A stretch of DNA of 64,000 nt from Mobula hypostoma (taxonomy: Eukaryota), in NCBI RefSeq assembly GCF_963921235.1, contig NC_086097.1, forward strand, positions 190,776,001 through 190,840,000, read 5' to 3'. A program made the translations under genes and the position numbers. Every line of letters begins with the position of its first letter. Within the stretch, counting starts at the first letter, position 1. Below, piece by piece: positions 37,148 to 50,504 of this stretch. The notes beneath the pieces were generated by a model that saw only the letters and a list, made by a program, of their open reading frames with translations, did not search any database and was not told the origin of the DNA.

Positions 37148-40100
37148 TATGGCAGATGAACTAAATGAATATTATGCAACCGTCTTCACTGTGGTAGACA
37201 CTAGAAGTGTGCCAGATGTTGAATGGTGTGAGGGAAGAGAAGTGAGTGTGGTTACTATTACAAGGGAGAAGTTGGTCAAAAAGCTGAAAGACCTAAGAGT
37301 TCTGAAAGAGGTCATGGTAGTGATTGTGAAGGCATTAGTAATGATTTTTCAAAAATTAGCAATGTGCTAGAGGACTAGAAAATTGCAAATGTCACTCCAC
37401 TCTTTAAGAAAGGAGAAAGGCAGCAGAAGAGAAATTATAGACCAGTTATCCTGACCTCAATGGCTGGAAAGATATTGTAATCAATTGCTAAGGATGAGGT
37501 GGTGGAGTACTTGGTGACACAGGACAAGATAGAACAAAAGTCAGCATGGTTTCCTTAAGGGAAAGTCTTGCCTGATGAACCTGTTGGAATTCTTTGAGAA
37601 GATTACAAGTAAGATAGATAAAGAGGATGCAATGAATGTTGTATACTTGGACTTCCAGAAGGGCTTTGACAAGATGCCACACATGAGGCGACTTACCAAG
37701 TTAAGGGCCCATGGTATTACAGGAAAGTTATTGGCATTTTCAGAGCATTGGTAGGAGACCTCAAGTGGAAATAAATGGATCCTTTTCTGGTTGGCTGCCT
37801 GTGATTAGTGGTGTTTCCCGGGGTCAGTGTTGGGATCGCTTCTTTTCTGCTATATATCAGTGATTTAGAAGATGGAATCAATAGCTTTGTTGCCAAGTTT
37901 GCAGATGATATGAGGATTGATGGAGGGGCAGGTAGTGTTGAAAAAAACAGGTAGGCTACTGAAGGACTTAGATTAGGAGAATAGGCAAGAAAGTGGCAAG
38001 TGAAATACAATGTTGGAAAATACATGGTCATGTACTTTGGTAGTAGAAATAAATGTGTAGACTATTTTCTAAATGGTGAGAGAAGCTAAAAATCTGAGAT
38101 GCAATGGGACTTGAGAGTCCCTGTGCAGAACACCCTAAAGGTTAACTTGCAGGTTGAGTCAATGGTGAGGAAGGCAAATGCAATATTAGAATTAATTTCA
38201 AGAGGTTTTGAATACAAGAGCAGGGGTGTGATACTGAGGCCTTAAAAGGCAGTGGTGAGGCCTCACCTTGAGTATTGTAAACAGTTCTGGGCTCCTCGTC
38301 TAAGAAAAGATGTGCTGGTGTTGGAGAAGGTTCAGAAGCGGTTCACAAGGATGATTCCGGGACTGAAATGGTTATTAAATGAGGAATGTTTGATACTTTT
38401 GGGTCTGTACTCGCTGAAATTTAGAAGGATGAGGGGGATTTCATTGAAACCTTTTGAATGTTGTACGGTCTGGACAGAGTGGATGTGGAAAGGAAGTTTC
38501 CCATGGTGGGGAGTCCAGGACAAGAGGCCACACAGCCTCAGGATAGAGGGGTAGCCACTTAATACAAAGGTGCAGAGAAATATCTTTAGTCAGAGTGTGG
38601 TGAATTTGTGGAATTCGTTTCCACATGCAGCTGTGGAGGCTAGGTTTTTGGGTATATTTATGGCAGAACTTGATAGGTTCTTGATTGGACATAGCATCAA
38701 AGGTTATGGGGAGATGGCCAGGAAGTGGGGCTGAGGATGGAAAAAAACCATCAGCCATGATGAAATGGCAGAGCAGACTCGATGGGACAAATGGCCTAAT
38801 TCTGCTCCTGTGTCTGATGGTCTTAATAATAAAAATAGGATATAAAAGGATGAATAGTCTTCCTTCTTTAGGACCTCAAACAACAAACCACATATTTATG
38901 AGGGTTAGCTGCAAAAAGTAAGGAAGAGAGTTTTATAGGAGATGAAAGTTTCCTTCTTTTATTCGGCGCAGACTTGTGAACATTGTCCATTTAGAAGTGA
39001 ACTTTTTGTTGCTAAAAATGGATATTTGGAATGCTCTCTTGCAAAAGACAATAGATGTGCATTTTTTGATAAGTAAGCAACTTCCTTCAGATTTTTACTG
39101 ATAATTTCACTTCTGCTTTTATTACAATAACAGGTATTTCTCAGCATGGTGTGTTTTGTTGCATAGTCAATGTACCTTCACTGTCTTTTGAGTAATCTGT
39201 TTATTTTTCCTGTAATATTTCAGACTTTGGCACAGAAAGGAATTGCAGTCATTTTTCTGTTGCTTACCCAACCATAACGTACAGTTTGTTTTGGGATATT
39301 AAATGAATCCAAGTGAGTAATTGAATACTGATGATTAACTACTTGCTTTGTAGGACAGAATGTTGTGTTTTAGATAACAGTAGACTAATTAGTACTTGAT
39401 TCAGATTAAAATACTGCAGACTGCGATAACCCTAAAATAAGGAAAGACAAAGATAGGACAATTTACTAAGACTGAAAAATTAAATTGATGAGCTTCAGAA
39501 ATGTTGGTCCTTGGAGTTTTGCACATTTACTTTCAGTTGAAACAATGAAAGTGCTTCCATTTGTGTGCTGAGAAACCACCAAGGTATTTTCAGCATGCAG
39601 ATGGAATAGTCCTTGATTGATTTTTGCATTTAAACAGAATAAATCATTGATAGTCTAGATTTTGAAAAAATATTACATCTACTGTTTAAAATATCTTTAT
39701 ATAAATTGAATTCACAGTTATAATTACATTTATATACAGGAATATTAAATAGCAGAGAGTTTTTCAATTAACTTTGTACTGAGACAGTCAAGGTGCACTA
39801 ACTACTGTCACTCCTGTATCTTTTGTCTCGTATACTGTTCAATAAATCCCAATATAAATTCAAGGGATAGCATCCCATCTTCCATGTAGACATTCTACAG
39901 CCTTCATTACTCATGGCTGAATTCAACAATTGTGACAAGCAACCAATTAGCTTTTCCAATTTATATCCAAACTGGCCAGTTCTGAGGTAAGGTCAACTCA
40001 AATTTGTGGTGGCCAAGGATGCAGCCTAACCTGCAGGGCAGTTTGAGCATTCTCTTTTTGTTTAGATTATCATCAGCTGCTATCTTCTATATCTTACAGG

Positions 40101-40379
40101 TCCAACTTTCTTTTCTCTCTCCCTTCCTTATGCATTGCCCTCTATCTACAGTTCCTTCAGACATATTATCTTCCATTAAGATAGCTTCACCATCTTCTGT
40201 CAACTGAAACATACTCCACTTCTCTACAGCTTAAACAGACCTGTTTCATTTCTTATACTAATTCTAATGAAAGGTCATTGACCTGAAAGTTAATCTGTTT
40301 ATCTCCAGCAATTTTCTAGTTTTTTTTCTATTTCAGATTTCCAGCATTTACTTTTTTTTTTTATTTTTCAAGGAATCAA

Positions 40380-42962
40380 ATGCGGCGAGCCCCAGAAACA
40401 ATGACACTACACAATGTGGAATCGATATGGGTAGAGCTGCGTAACACTAAGGGGCAGAAGACGCTGCTGGGAGTTGTGTACAGGCCACCTAACAGTAGTA
40501 GTGAGGTCGGAGATGGTATTAAACAGGAAATTAGAAATGTGTGCAATAAAGGAACAGCAGTTATAATGGGTGACTTCAATCTACATGTAGACTGGGTGAA
40601 CCAAATTGGTAAAGGTGCTGAGGAAGAGGATTTCTTGGAATGTATGCGGGATGGTTTTTTGAACCAACATGTCGAGGAACCGACTAGAGAGCAGGCTATT
40701 CTGGACTGGGTTTTGAGCAATGAGGAAGGGTTAATTAGCGATCTTGTCGTGAGAGGCCCCTTGGGTAAGAGTGACCATAATATGGTGGAATTCTTCATTA
40801 ACATGGAGAGTGACGTAGTTAATTCAGAAACAAAGGTTCTGAACTTAAAGAGGGGTAACTTTGAAGGTATGAGACATGAATTAGCTAAGATAGACTGGCA
40901 AATGACACTTCAAGGATTGACGGTGGATATGCAATGGCAGGCATTTAAAGGTTGCATGGATGAACTACAACAATTGTTCATCCCAGTTTGGCAAAAGAAT
41001 AAATCAAGGAAGGTAGTGCACCCGTGGCTGACAAGAGAAATTAGGGATAGTATCAATTCCAAAGAAGTAGCATACAAATTAGCCAGAGAAAGTGGCTCAC
41101 CTGAGGACTGGGAGAAATTCAGAGTTCAGCAGAGGAGGACAAAGGGCTTAATTAGGAAGGGGAAAAAAGATTATGAGAGAAAACTGGCAGAGAACATAAA
41201 AACGGACTGTAAAAGCTTTTATAGATATGTAAAAAGGAAAAGACTGATAAAGACAAATGTAGGTCCCCTGCAAACAGAAACAGGTGAATTGATTATGGGG
41301 AGCAAGGACATGGCAGACCAATTGAATAATTACTTTGGTTCTGTCTTCACTAAGGAGGACATAAATAATCTTCCAGAAATAGTAAGGGACAGAGGGTCCA
41401 GTGAGATGGAGGAACTGAGCGAAATACATGTTAGTAGGGAAGTGGTGTTAGGTAAATTGAAGGGATTGAAGGCAGATAAATCCCCAGGGCCAGATGGTCT
41501 GCATCCCAGAGTGCTTAAGGAAGTGGCCCAAGAAATAGTGGATGCATTAGTGATAATTTTTCAAAACTCGTTAGATTCTGGACTAGTTCCTGAGGATTGG
41601 AGGGTGGCTAATGTAACCCCACTTTTTAAAAAAGGAGGGAGAGAGAAACCGGGGAATTATAGGCCGGTTAGCCTAACGTCGGTGGTGGGGAAACTGCTGG
41701 AGTCAGTTATCAAGGATATGATAACAGCACATTTGGAAAGCGGTGAAATGATCGGACAAAGTCAGCATGGATTTGTGAAAGGAAAATCATGTCTGACGAA
41801 TCTCATAGAATTTTTTGAGGATGTAACTAGTAGAGTGGATAGGGGAGAACCAGTGGATGTGGTATATTTGGATTTTCAAAAGGCTTTTGACAAGGTCCCA
41901 CACAGGAGATTAGTGTGCAAACTTAAAGCACATGGTATTGGGGGTAAGGTATTGGTGTGGGTGGAGAATTGGTTAGCAGACAGGAGGCAAAGAGTGGGAA
42001 TAAACGGGACCTTTTCAGAATGGCAGGCGGTGACTAGTGGGGTACCGCAAGGCTCAGTGCTGGGACCCCAGTTGTTTACAATATATATTAATGACTTGGA
42101 TGAGGGAATTAAATGCAGCATCTCCAAGTTTGCGGATGACACGAAGCTGGGTGGCAGTGTTAGCAGTGAGGAGGATGCTAAGAGGATGCAGGGTGACTTG
42201 GATAGGTTGGGTGAGTGGGCAAACTCATGGCAGATGCAATTTAATGTGGATAAATGTGAAGTTATCCACTTTGGTGGCAAAAATAGGAAAACAGATTATT
42301 ATCTGAATGGTGGCCGATTAGGAAAAGGGGAGGTGCAACGAGACCTGGGTGTCATTATACACCAGTCATTGAAAGTGGGCATGCAGGTACAGCAGGCGGT
42401 GAAAAAGGCGAACGGTATGCTGGCATTTATAGCGAGAGGATTCGAGTACAGGAGCAGGGAGGTACTACTGCAGTTGTACAAGGCCTTGGTGAGACCACAC
42501 CTGGAGTATTGTGTGCAGTTTTGGTCCCCTAATCTGAGGAAAGACATCCTTGCCATAGAGGGAGTACAAAGAAGGTTCACCAGATTGATTCCTGGGATGG
42601 CAGGTCTTTCATATGAAGAAAGACTGGATGAACTGGGCTTGTACTCGTTGGAATTTAGAAGATTGAGGGGGGATCTGATTGAAACGTATAAGATCCTAAA
42701 GGGATTGGACAGGCTAGATGCGGGAAGATTGTTCCCGATGTTGGGGAGGTCTAGAACGAGGGGTCACAGTTTGAGGATAGAGGGGAAGCCTTTTAGGACC
42801 GAGGTTAGGAAAAACTTCTTCACACAGAGAGTGGTGAATCTGTGGAATTCTCTGCCACAGCAAACTGTTGAGGCCAGTTCATTAGCTATGTTTAAAAGGA
42901 AGTTAGATATGGCCCTTGTGGCTACAGGGGTCACGGGGTATGGAGGGAAGGCTGGGTTCTGA
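40380..42962 (+). CDS. CR1 ORF2 (partial APE endonuclease plus reverse transcriptase), 860-aa open frame
   Basis: ESIWVEL, GVVYRPP, IMGDFN, PTREQAILDWVL, SDHN (APE); KSPGPDG, NYRPVSLTS, YLDFQKAFDKVPH, GVPQGSVLGP, FADDTK (RT). The ATG probably comes from the junction rather than the native start. Confidence 0.9.
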   Translation: MRRAPETMTLHNVESIWVELRNTKGQKTLLGVVYRPPNSSSEVGDGIKQEIRNVCNKGTAVIMGDFNLHVDWVNQIGKGAEEEDFLECMRDGFLNQHVEEPTREQAILDWVLSNEEGLISDLVVRGPLGKSDHNMVEFFINMESDVVNSETKVLNLKRGNFEGMRHELAKIDWQMTLQGLTVDMQWQAFKGCMDELQQLFIPVWQKNKSRKVVHPWLTREIRDSINSKEVAYKLARESGSPEDWEKFRVQQRRTKGLIRKGKKDYERKLAENIKTDCKSFYRYVKRKRLIKTNVGPLQTETGELIMGSKDMADQLNNYFGSVFTKEDINNLPEIVRDRGSSEMEELSEIHVSREVVLGKLKGLKADKSPGPDGLHPRVLKEVAQEIVDALVIIFQNSLDSGLVPEDWRVANVTPLFKKGGREKPGNYRPVSLTSVVGKLLESVIKDMITAHLESGEMIGQSQHGFVKGKSCLTNLIEFFEDVTSRVDRGEPVDVVYLDFQKAFDKVPHRRLVCKLKAHGIGGKVLVWVENWLADRRQRVGINGTFSEWQAVTSGVPQGSVLGPQLFTIYINDLDEGIKCSISKFADDTKLGGSVSSEEDAKRMQGDLDRLGEWANSWQMQFNVDKCEVIHFGGKNRKTDYYLNGGRLGKGEVQRDLGVIIHQSLKVGMQVQQAVKKANGMLAFIARGFEYRSREVLLQLYKALVRPHLEYCVQFWSPNLRKDILAIEGVQRRFTRLIPGMAGLSYEERLDELGLYSLEFRRLRGDLIETYKILKGLDRLDAGRLFPMLGRSRTRGHSLRIEGKPFRTEVRKNFFTQRVVNLWNSLPQQTVEASSLAMFKRKLDMALVATGVTGYGGKAGF

Positions 42963-43058
42963 GTTGGATGATCAGCCATGATCATAATAAATGGCGGTGC
43001 AGGCTCGAAGGGCCGAATGGCCTACTCCTGCACCTATTTTCTATGTTTCTATGTTTCT
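40405..43058 (+). mobile_element. Young CR1 LINE, 5'-truncated within the endonuclease
   Basis: Uninterrupted ORF2, CR1 3'UTR hairpin region and (TTTCTATG)n tail at 43038-43058. Confidence 0.97.
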
Positions 43059-43797
43059 AATACATTGGGGGATTGTTCGACTGGTATTCAGCCCTGGTAT
43101 TCAGCTCTGAATCCTACACCAATAGGCCTCAGCTGGCAGCATAGTCAGAGCAGTCAAGACACAATGCTTTGCTTGTGGTTCTGATGTAAGATTTCTACCT
43201 GAGGCATCAACATTTCCTTTCCTCCCACAAGCACCGCTTAGACTGCTGAATTCCTCCAGCAGATTGTTTATTGCTTCTGAAAAAGGGAAATTCTTTCTAT
43301 TTGCAACTATATTTATGATCACAACATGAGCTAAACACAAAGGTAAACTAGTGAGCCTAGTAATAATATTTTGGTTTAAAAAGTAACAATTAGGAAAAGC
43401 ATTTTACAATTTTTGTCATGCCATGTTCATAGATCCACGCTGAGAAAATAATAAGAACAGTGTGCTGGAATTATGGAAATTCTTTACAGTGCCATAAAAT
43501 AGAATGAGACTCCTATGAAACTATTACCTATTTTTAGATCAGATTTAGATAAGATAAAATGGAGACAGGGCATATGATTTCCTATGAGCACTGAAATTGG
43601 GATAGAATTCTGTTCTTCTACATGACAGTGTTTAATATTGATACTAACTTCAAACCAGAAGATGGGAGATTGGGGACATTTGCAAGGAACCTGAGGAGAC
43701 TTATGAGAAGATCAGGGATGAAGATTGGGAGAAGATGCAAATGGCCTGGGAGAAGACCAGAGGGAATGGAAATTGTGGAGAAAAGTGGTGGAGTAGC

Positions 43798-45020
43798 CAT
43801 ATAACAATTACAGCACGGAAACAGGCCATCTTGGCCCTTCTAGTCTATGCCGAACGCATACTCACCTCGTCCCATCTACCTGCACTCAGCCCATAACCCT
43901 CCATTCCTTTCCTGTCCATATACCTATCCAGTTTTTTTTTTAAATGACAAAACCAAACCTGCCTCTACCACTTCTACTGGAAGCTCGTTCCACACAGCTT
44001 CCACTCTCTGAGTAAAGAAGTTCCCCCTCGTGTTACTCCTAAACTTTTGCCCCTTAACTCTCAACTCATGTCCTGTTGTTTGAATCTCCCCTACACTCAA
44101 TGGAAAAAAGCCTATCCACATCAATTCTATCTATCCCCCTCATAATTTTAAATACCTCTATCAAGTCCCCCCTCAACCTTCTACTCTTCAAAGAATAAAG
44201 ACCCAACTTGTTCAACCTTTCTCTGTAACTTAGGTGCTGAAACCCAGGCAACATTCTAGTAAATCTCCTCTGTAATCTCTCTATTTTGTTGACATCTTTC
44301 CTATAATTCAGTGACCATAACTATACACAATACTCCAAATTTGGCCTCACCAAAGCCTTGTACAATTTTAACATTACATCCCAACTGCTATACTCAATGC
44401 TCTGACTTATAAAGGCCAGCATACCAAAAGCTTTCTTCACCACTCTATCCACATGAGATTCCACCTTCAAGGAACTATGCACCATTATTTCTAGATCACT
44501 CTGTTCTACTGCATTCCTCTATGCCCTACCATTTACCATGTATGTCCTATTTTGATTAGTCCTACCAAAATGTAGCACCTCACATTTATCAGCATTAAAC
44601 TCCATCTGCCATTTTTCAGCCCACTCTTCTAAGTGGCCTAAATCTCTCTGCAAGCTTTGAAAACCTACTTCATTATCCACAACGCCACCTTTCTTAGTAT
44701 TATCTGCATACTTACTAATCCAATTTACCACCCCATCATCCAGATCATTAATGTATATGACAAACAACATTGGACCCAGTACAGATCCCTGAGACACACC
44801 ACTAGTCACCGGCCTCCAACCTGACAAACAGTTATCCACCACTACTCTCTAGCATCTCCCATCCAGCCACTGTTGAATCCATTTTACTACTTCAATATTA
44901 TTACCTAACGATTGAACCTTCCTAACTAACCTTCCATGTGGAACATGGTCAAAGGTCTTACTGAAATCCATATAGACAACACCCACCGCTTTACCCTCAT
45001 CAATTTTCCTAGTAGCATCT
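43798..45020 (-). mobile_element. CR1 LINE, 5'-truncated
   Basis: Minus ORFs 44519-44842 (GVSQGSVLGP, YADNTK), 44066-44254 and 43924-44124. Confidence 0.92.
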
Positions 45021-47534
45021 TCCTTAGAATTTACAGAATTCTAAGATTCTGTGAAAATCTTACAGAATTTTAAAGAGATAATTAGGGAGGAGGTCAGCCA
45101 CTGTTTCACTGAGGTAGAGGATACCAGAAAACAGTGAGAAAGAGCCAATTTAAATGAGAAACATTGGACTGATTTTTAACTGATATTTCATTCTTGGTTG
45201 TCTCCTTACATGTGTATGTCATAGGTACAAAATAACACAATGAAAATTACATTCTTGATTTACAATTTACATTTTAAGTGCACTTATCAATCTGTTTCCA
45301 ATATTAAAAACATTCTTTCATGCCTTGCATAAGAACATCAAGTTATGGAATCGAATTTCCAAGATTCTTTCATACTTGTCCATGGGGCCCTTTCCTAATC
45401 TTTTAGTTGGTAAACTATGTACAATGTATTTAAACATGGCTGCAAAGAATCATTACACTATTAAATATGGGCAGCAAGTGAATTTGCATTCAGGATATGA
45501 TTAGCCTCACTAAATTTAATCAGCACAACCTGACTTTGAAGGGGAATTATTTGGAAGTTTTGAGTGTAATGACAGGGGAGCTTTCAATGTTTGATCTCAT
45601 TACACTGTAAAACTTTACTGTAATTCATTTTTCAACATCTGAGCATTACTGGCAAGGTGATCCCATCTTGCCTTTGAAAACATGATGGTGAGTACTTGAA
45701 TTGTTGTAGTCCTTTTAATGAAAGTGCACACAGAATACTGCTGGAGAAAGTGTTTCCAATATTTGGATCAAGTGATGAGGAAGGAACAGTAATACAGTAT
45801 GTTTCCAAGAGAAGGACTGTTAGTATCTTGAAGGTGAACACGCTTGTGGTGATGCTGTAGGGAAATGTAACTGCGAGAAAAATACATAATTGACAATCAC
45901 CAACATTGAGTTGGGGTTTCACTTTGAGGGCTTGTCTGACGTAAGGACCTTGTTACATAAGATTTTTAGCACATTTTTGTGTTTAGATTTTGGAGTTCAA
46001 TAAAAATGTGTTATGGGCTTCATTAAACATAAAACATCTCACTGTTTTATTTGCAAAAGCCCATATTGGTGACCCTTGTGCTCCAGGATGATTCCCGAGT
46101 TCTTGAATATGTTGACCAACACAGTCACTTTGAAACTTCTGGAGTTTTGGGAGCAAAATTGCAGATGCTTGGTTCATAAAAGCTGAGGCTCAATTCGCTC
46201 TGTGAGAAATCTCTGCTGACAACACCAAATTCTACTATGTGATAGTATCGCTCGGCAATTCCATGCCTGCAAGAGTGTTGAGTCTGCTTGAAAACTCACC
46301 TGAATACAATAAATACTGATTATTGAAAACCCATCTTTTACAGACTTTTGGACTATTGGAGTCTGAGCTCTCCGTGCTGGGCATTGGCAATATTAGGTCT
46401 TTGGAGCTAATGGACCATGTGCTGTCTCTCGTGGGAAATCACCATCCTTATTTTATTTTTAAAGAACTCTTCATGCAGCAAATGCCTGATCAAGTTTTTA
46501 TAGCCCTCGATATTGCAGCCGTGAAGGACTATAGGAAGCTTGTTAAAATGGCTGGTAGTCTACACACAGCCGGGCAGCGATGCGTCATTCCTCTTTCTTT
46601 CTCTACCTCAATTAGCCTGGTTAGCAAGGCCCTCAATGCCCCCACATTTGAGAAGCAGATGATGCCAGGCCTGTGCTTTTACCATGCTCGCTTTGGTACG
46701 AATGTTAGGAAGTGCTAACCGCCTTACAGCTTCGATAGTTCCAGCACATTTGGACATCAGAGGTGTGAGAACACTGTGGGCTCCAGATGCCAGGGTCATC
46801 TACTGTTCATTATGGACACCCTTACAGGGCAACACTTCCTGTGTGACATGGGTGCTCAAGTGAAAGTGCTGCCTGCGTTGCCTATTGATCAGAAGGCAAA
46901 GAGCGATGAAACCTCACAGGAGGCCACCGACGGCAGTAAGATCTAAACTTATGTACACAACGGGTAACACTCTGCTTCAGTGGGTGACGTTACCAATGGG
47001 ACTTCGTCCTGGCTAAAGTGACTAGACTTCTGCTTGGTGCAGATTTCCTGTGTGTCCAAGGACTGTTGGTCAATCTTAAGAACTGACGGCTTGAGGACAT
47101 CAAGAACTTTGGGCCATTACACATCTGCTCCAGAAAGATCCCAAAAAATACCCTGTCAAGCAAATGCACCACTGCAAGCGAACTCACTCGACTGCTAGGC
47201 AAATTCCAAAACATCACCAAGCCTACATTTCCCACTACCAGTTGCAAAACATGGGGTTGAGCACCACATTCCCACAACTGGTCCACCGGTCCACTGGATC
47301 CAGAAAAGCTGGCAACCACAAAGGCTGAGCTTGCTGACATGGAATTGTATGCCAGTTGAATAGCCTCTGGGCTTCATCCCTCCACGTGCTCCCCAAGTCC
47401 GATGGTGGTTGCCACTCATGCAGTGATTATTGATGCCTTAACAGACCACAACCCCCGATTGTTACTCAGTCCCACACATTCAAGTCTTTTCAGCATGCTT
47501 AGCCAGAAAGTTAGTTTTTTTACGAAGTCGATTT

Positions 47535-47718
47535 AGATTCTATTAAATCTTTGTTTGGCCATCAAGAGAATCTGATTGAAGAGTCTATTATTCAGTTTAT
47601 ACGTGAGACTAGGTTGTATTCGAGAATTTGAGTCCCTTGAAGTTCTATAATTAATTAATTACGCATCCTGCACCTAGATGCATCTAAACAGCCGGAAATA
47701 GAAGAAGAAGAAGAAGAA
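47535..47718 (+). mobile_element. 3' fragment of an I/Nimb-clade-like LINE inserted in the Gypsy RT
   Basis: Encodes LFGHQENLIEESIIQFIRETRLYSRI*, then a (GAA)n tail. TSD GATTT (47530-47534, 47719-47723) splits the Gypsy KVDL/VRAYHQ motif. Confidence 0.6.
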
Positions 47719-48488
47719 GATTTTGTTAGGGCCTACCATCAGGTGCCTGTGTCCTTGGAGGACATTCCCGAAACAGCTGTGACCCTGCTGGGCCTTCTTG
47801 AGATTCTGCGCATACCATATGAACTGAAAAGTGCAGTAGACTATTCAACAACTGATGGATTTTATATTAAAAGACTTAGATTGTCTTTCAGGATTTTACT
47901 TGTCTCCAGTGGTTCCGAATCTGATCACGTATCCTATCTCTACACACTTCGAGCACCTAAGCTGACACGGGTTGATTATTAATCCTGCTAATTGCCAGTT
48001 TGGGTTGTTAACCATTGACTTTCTTGGCCATCACATCTCTGCGGAGGATGTGAAACACCTCCAATCAAGAGTAGCTGCTATTATGGATTTCCGCTGCCGC
48101 ACACTACAAAAAAACTACAGGTGTTTTTAGGTATGGTAAATTTCTATCACTACTTCATTTCACGAGCTGCTGAACTTATCCCCTCCCCTACCCCCCCCCC
48201 CGTTATAGTGTGCTTAAAGGTCCTATATAAAGTACTTGACTTGACTGATCAATGGACATGAGCAGGGCATTTGATGATAGCAAACAAGCTCTTTCTAATG
48301 CGACCATATGGATGCACCACTCCCCAATAAATCCACAGTCATCACCACTGACACCTCAGACTATGCTGTATGCACTGTGCACGAACAGTTGGTTGGAGTC
48401 ATGTGGCAGTTGCTTGCTTTCTTCAGCCAGCAGTTCCATCCCCCTGAAAGAAAGTACAGTACGTTTGACCGTGAGCTTCTCTGTCTCT

Positions 48489-49580
48489 ACAGGAAAGCTA
48501 CTGGCATAGTTAGAGCATTGGCTGATTGATAGGAGCAAGTGGGAATAAAAGGATCTTTTCTGGTTGGCTGCCAGTGACTAGTGGTGTTCCGCTGGCGACA
48601 GTATTGGGACCGCTTCTTTTTATGCTGTATATCAATGATTTAGATGTTGAAATAGATTGCTTTGTTGCCAGGTTGGCAGATGATACAAAGATTGTTGGAG
48701 GGGAGGTAGTACTGAGGAAACAGGTAGGCAGCAGAAGGACTTGGACAGATTAGGAGAATGGGCTAGAAAGAGGCAAATGAAATACAATGTTGGAAAATGC
48801 ATGGTCATACACTTTGGTAGTAGAAATAAATGTGCGGACTGTTTTCTGGATGGGGAGAAAATCCAAAAATCTGAGATCCAAAGGGACTGAGAGTCCTTGG
48901 GCGGAACAGCCTGAAAGTTAACGTGCAGGTTGAGTCAGTGGTGAGGAAGGCAAATGCAATATTAGAATTAATTTCAATAAGTCTGGAGTACAAGAGCAGG
49001 GATGTGATGCTGAGGCTTTAAAAGGCACTGGTGAGGCCTCATCTTGAGTATTGTGAACAGTTTTGGGTTCCTCATCTAAGAAAAAATGTACTGGCATTGG
49101 AGAAGGTTCAGGAGGTTCACAATGATGATTCCAATGATGATTCCAATGGGCTCTGGGTCTGTACTCGCTGGTATTCAGAAGGATGAAGGGGGATCTCATT
49201 GAAACCTTTTGAATGTTGAAAGGCCTAGACAAAGTAGATGTGCAAAGGATGTTTCCCATAATGGGAGAGTCTAGGGCAAGAGGGCACAGCCTCAGGATAA
49301 AGGGGGAGGAGGTCCATTTAAAACAGAGATGCAGAGTAATTTCTTGAGGGTGGTGAATTTTTGGAATTTGTTACCACAGGCAGCTATGGGGGCCAGGTCA
49401 TTGGTTCATTTAAGGTGGAGATCGATAGGTTCTTGATTGGACACAGCATCAAAAGTTACACAGAGAAAGCCAGGAAGAGGAATTGGGGAGGGGAGATAAA
49501 GATCAGCCATGATTGAGTGGTGGAACAGACTTCATGGGCCAAATGGCCTAATTCTGTTCCTATGTCTTAGCATCTTAAGG
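48489..49580 (+). mobile_element. CR1 3' fragment inserted in the Gypsy RNase H
   Basis: GVPLATVLGPLLFMLYINDLD...LADDTK (48526-48753). Gypsy RNase H resumes after 49583 (LAVHHF...DHK). Confidence 0.9.
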
Positions 49581-50504
49581 TCAATCTGGCTGTCCACCAT
49601 TTTCTTCTTTTTCTAGAGGGTTGAAATTTCATAGCATTCATTGACCACAAATCCCTCATGCACGTGATAGTCACAATACCAGACCCTTAGTCTGCATGGC
49701 AGCAATGCCACCTGGGGAATATAATACCATGGCTGATTGCCTCTCACAGCCAGTCGTTGCATCCATACACATAGGGGTTGACTTTGCCGACATGACAGCT
49801 GACCAAGTTACTGATCCAGAGGTCCTGTCTTACACCACAGCAGTCACAGGCCTGTGGTTGGTTGACATCAAGTTCGGGGAAGCTGGGGTCTCTGTCCTGT
49901 GTGATGTCTCAACCAGTTACCCTTGCCCCATTGTGCCTGCAAACTGGAGCCAGACTGTTTTCGACTCCATATATGGTCTCCCACATCCGGGCCGGAAGGC
50001 CTCAGAGAAATTAGTTGCACTAAAGTTTGTTTGGTATGGCCTCAGAAAGAATGCACATGCTTAGACTGCAGCTTGTGCCGAGTGCCTGCAGACAAAAATT
50101 ATTCATCATGCTCAGGCGCCATTGTCACCGCCTGCAGTTTCACACACCTTCTTACCATGGTGGACTGTACCACCAGGTGGCCAGAGGTTGTCCCTCTAAC
50201 ATCAATGACAGCTGCAGATGTGGCTCAGGTGTTCATCAGCACCTGGGTGCTCGGTTTGGAACTCCATCTGATATTTCCTCTGACCATCGTTCCCATTTCA
50301 TTTCAGACCTCTGGGCTGTGATGGCCCAGAACCTCAGCATTAGGCTACATCACACCACAACATGTCACCTGCAGTCCAGTGGCCTATGCAAGCAGTTTCA
50401 CCACTCGATAAGTGCTGCTTTGAGGGCTTCTCTAATTGAAGAGTGTTGGCGTGATTATCTCCCATGGGTCCTGCTGGGGCTTATAACTGCTCCAAAGGAG
50501 GAAA

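Larger units (their letters stand above)
34670..38825 (+). mobile_element. Older CR1 ORF2 (EN to 3' end, many lesions) hosting a solo LTR and a younger CR1 tail
   Basis: ORF 34720-35082 VMGDF...QFVIEPIRGSAVRDW; resumes MADELNEYYATVFT at ~37149; YLDFQKGFDKMPH ~37643; [12 protein letters not shown] 38252. Confidence 0.85.

Noticed and set aside
39224..39312. Possible host exon (TTTCAG acceptor, GTGAGT donor)
   Set aside because: Stop codons in all three frames and no other support; a non-coding exon cannot be excluded.
40380..42962. RT as part of a retron, DGR, group II intron or defence system
   Set aside because: The APE endonuclease, CR1 C-terminus and octamer tail identify an ordinary vertebrate CR1 LINE; there is no prokaryotic gene context.
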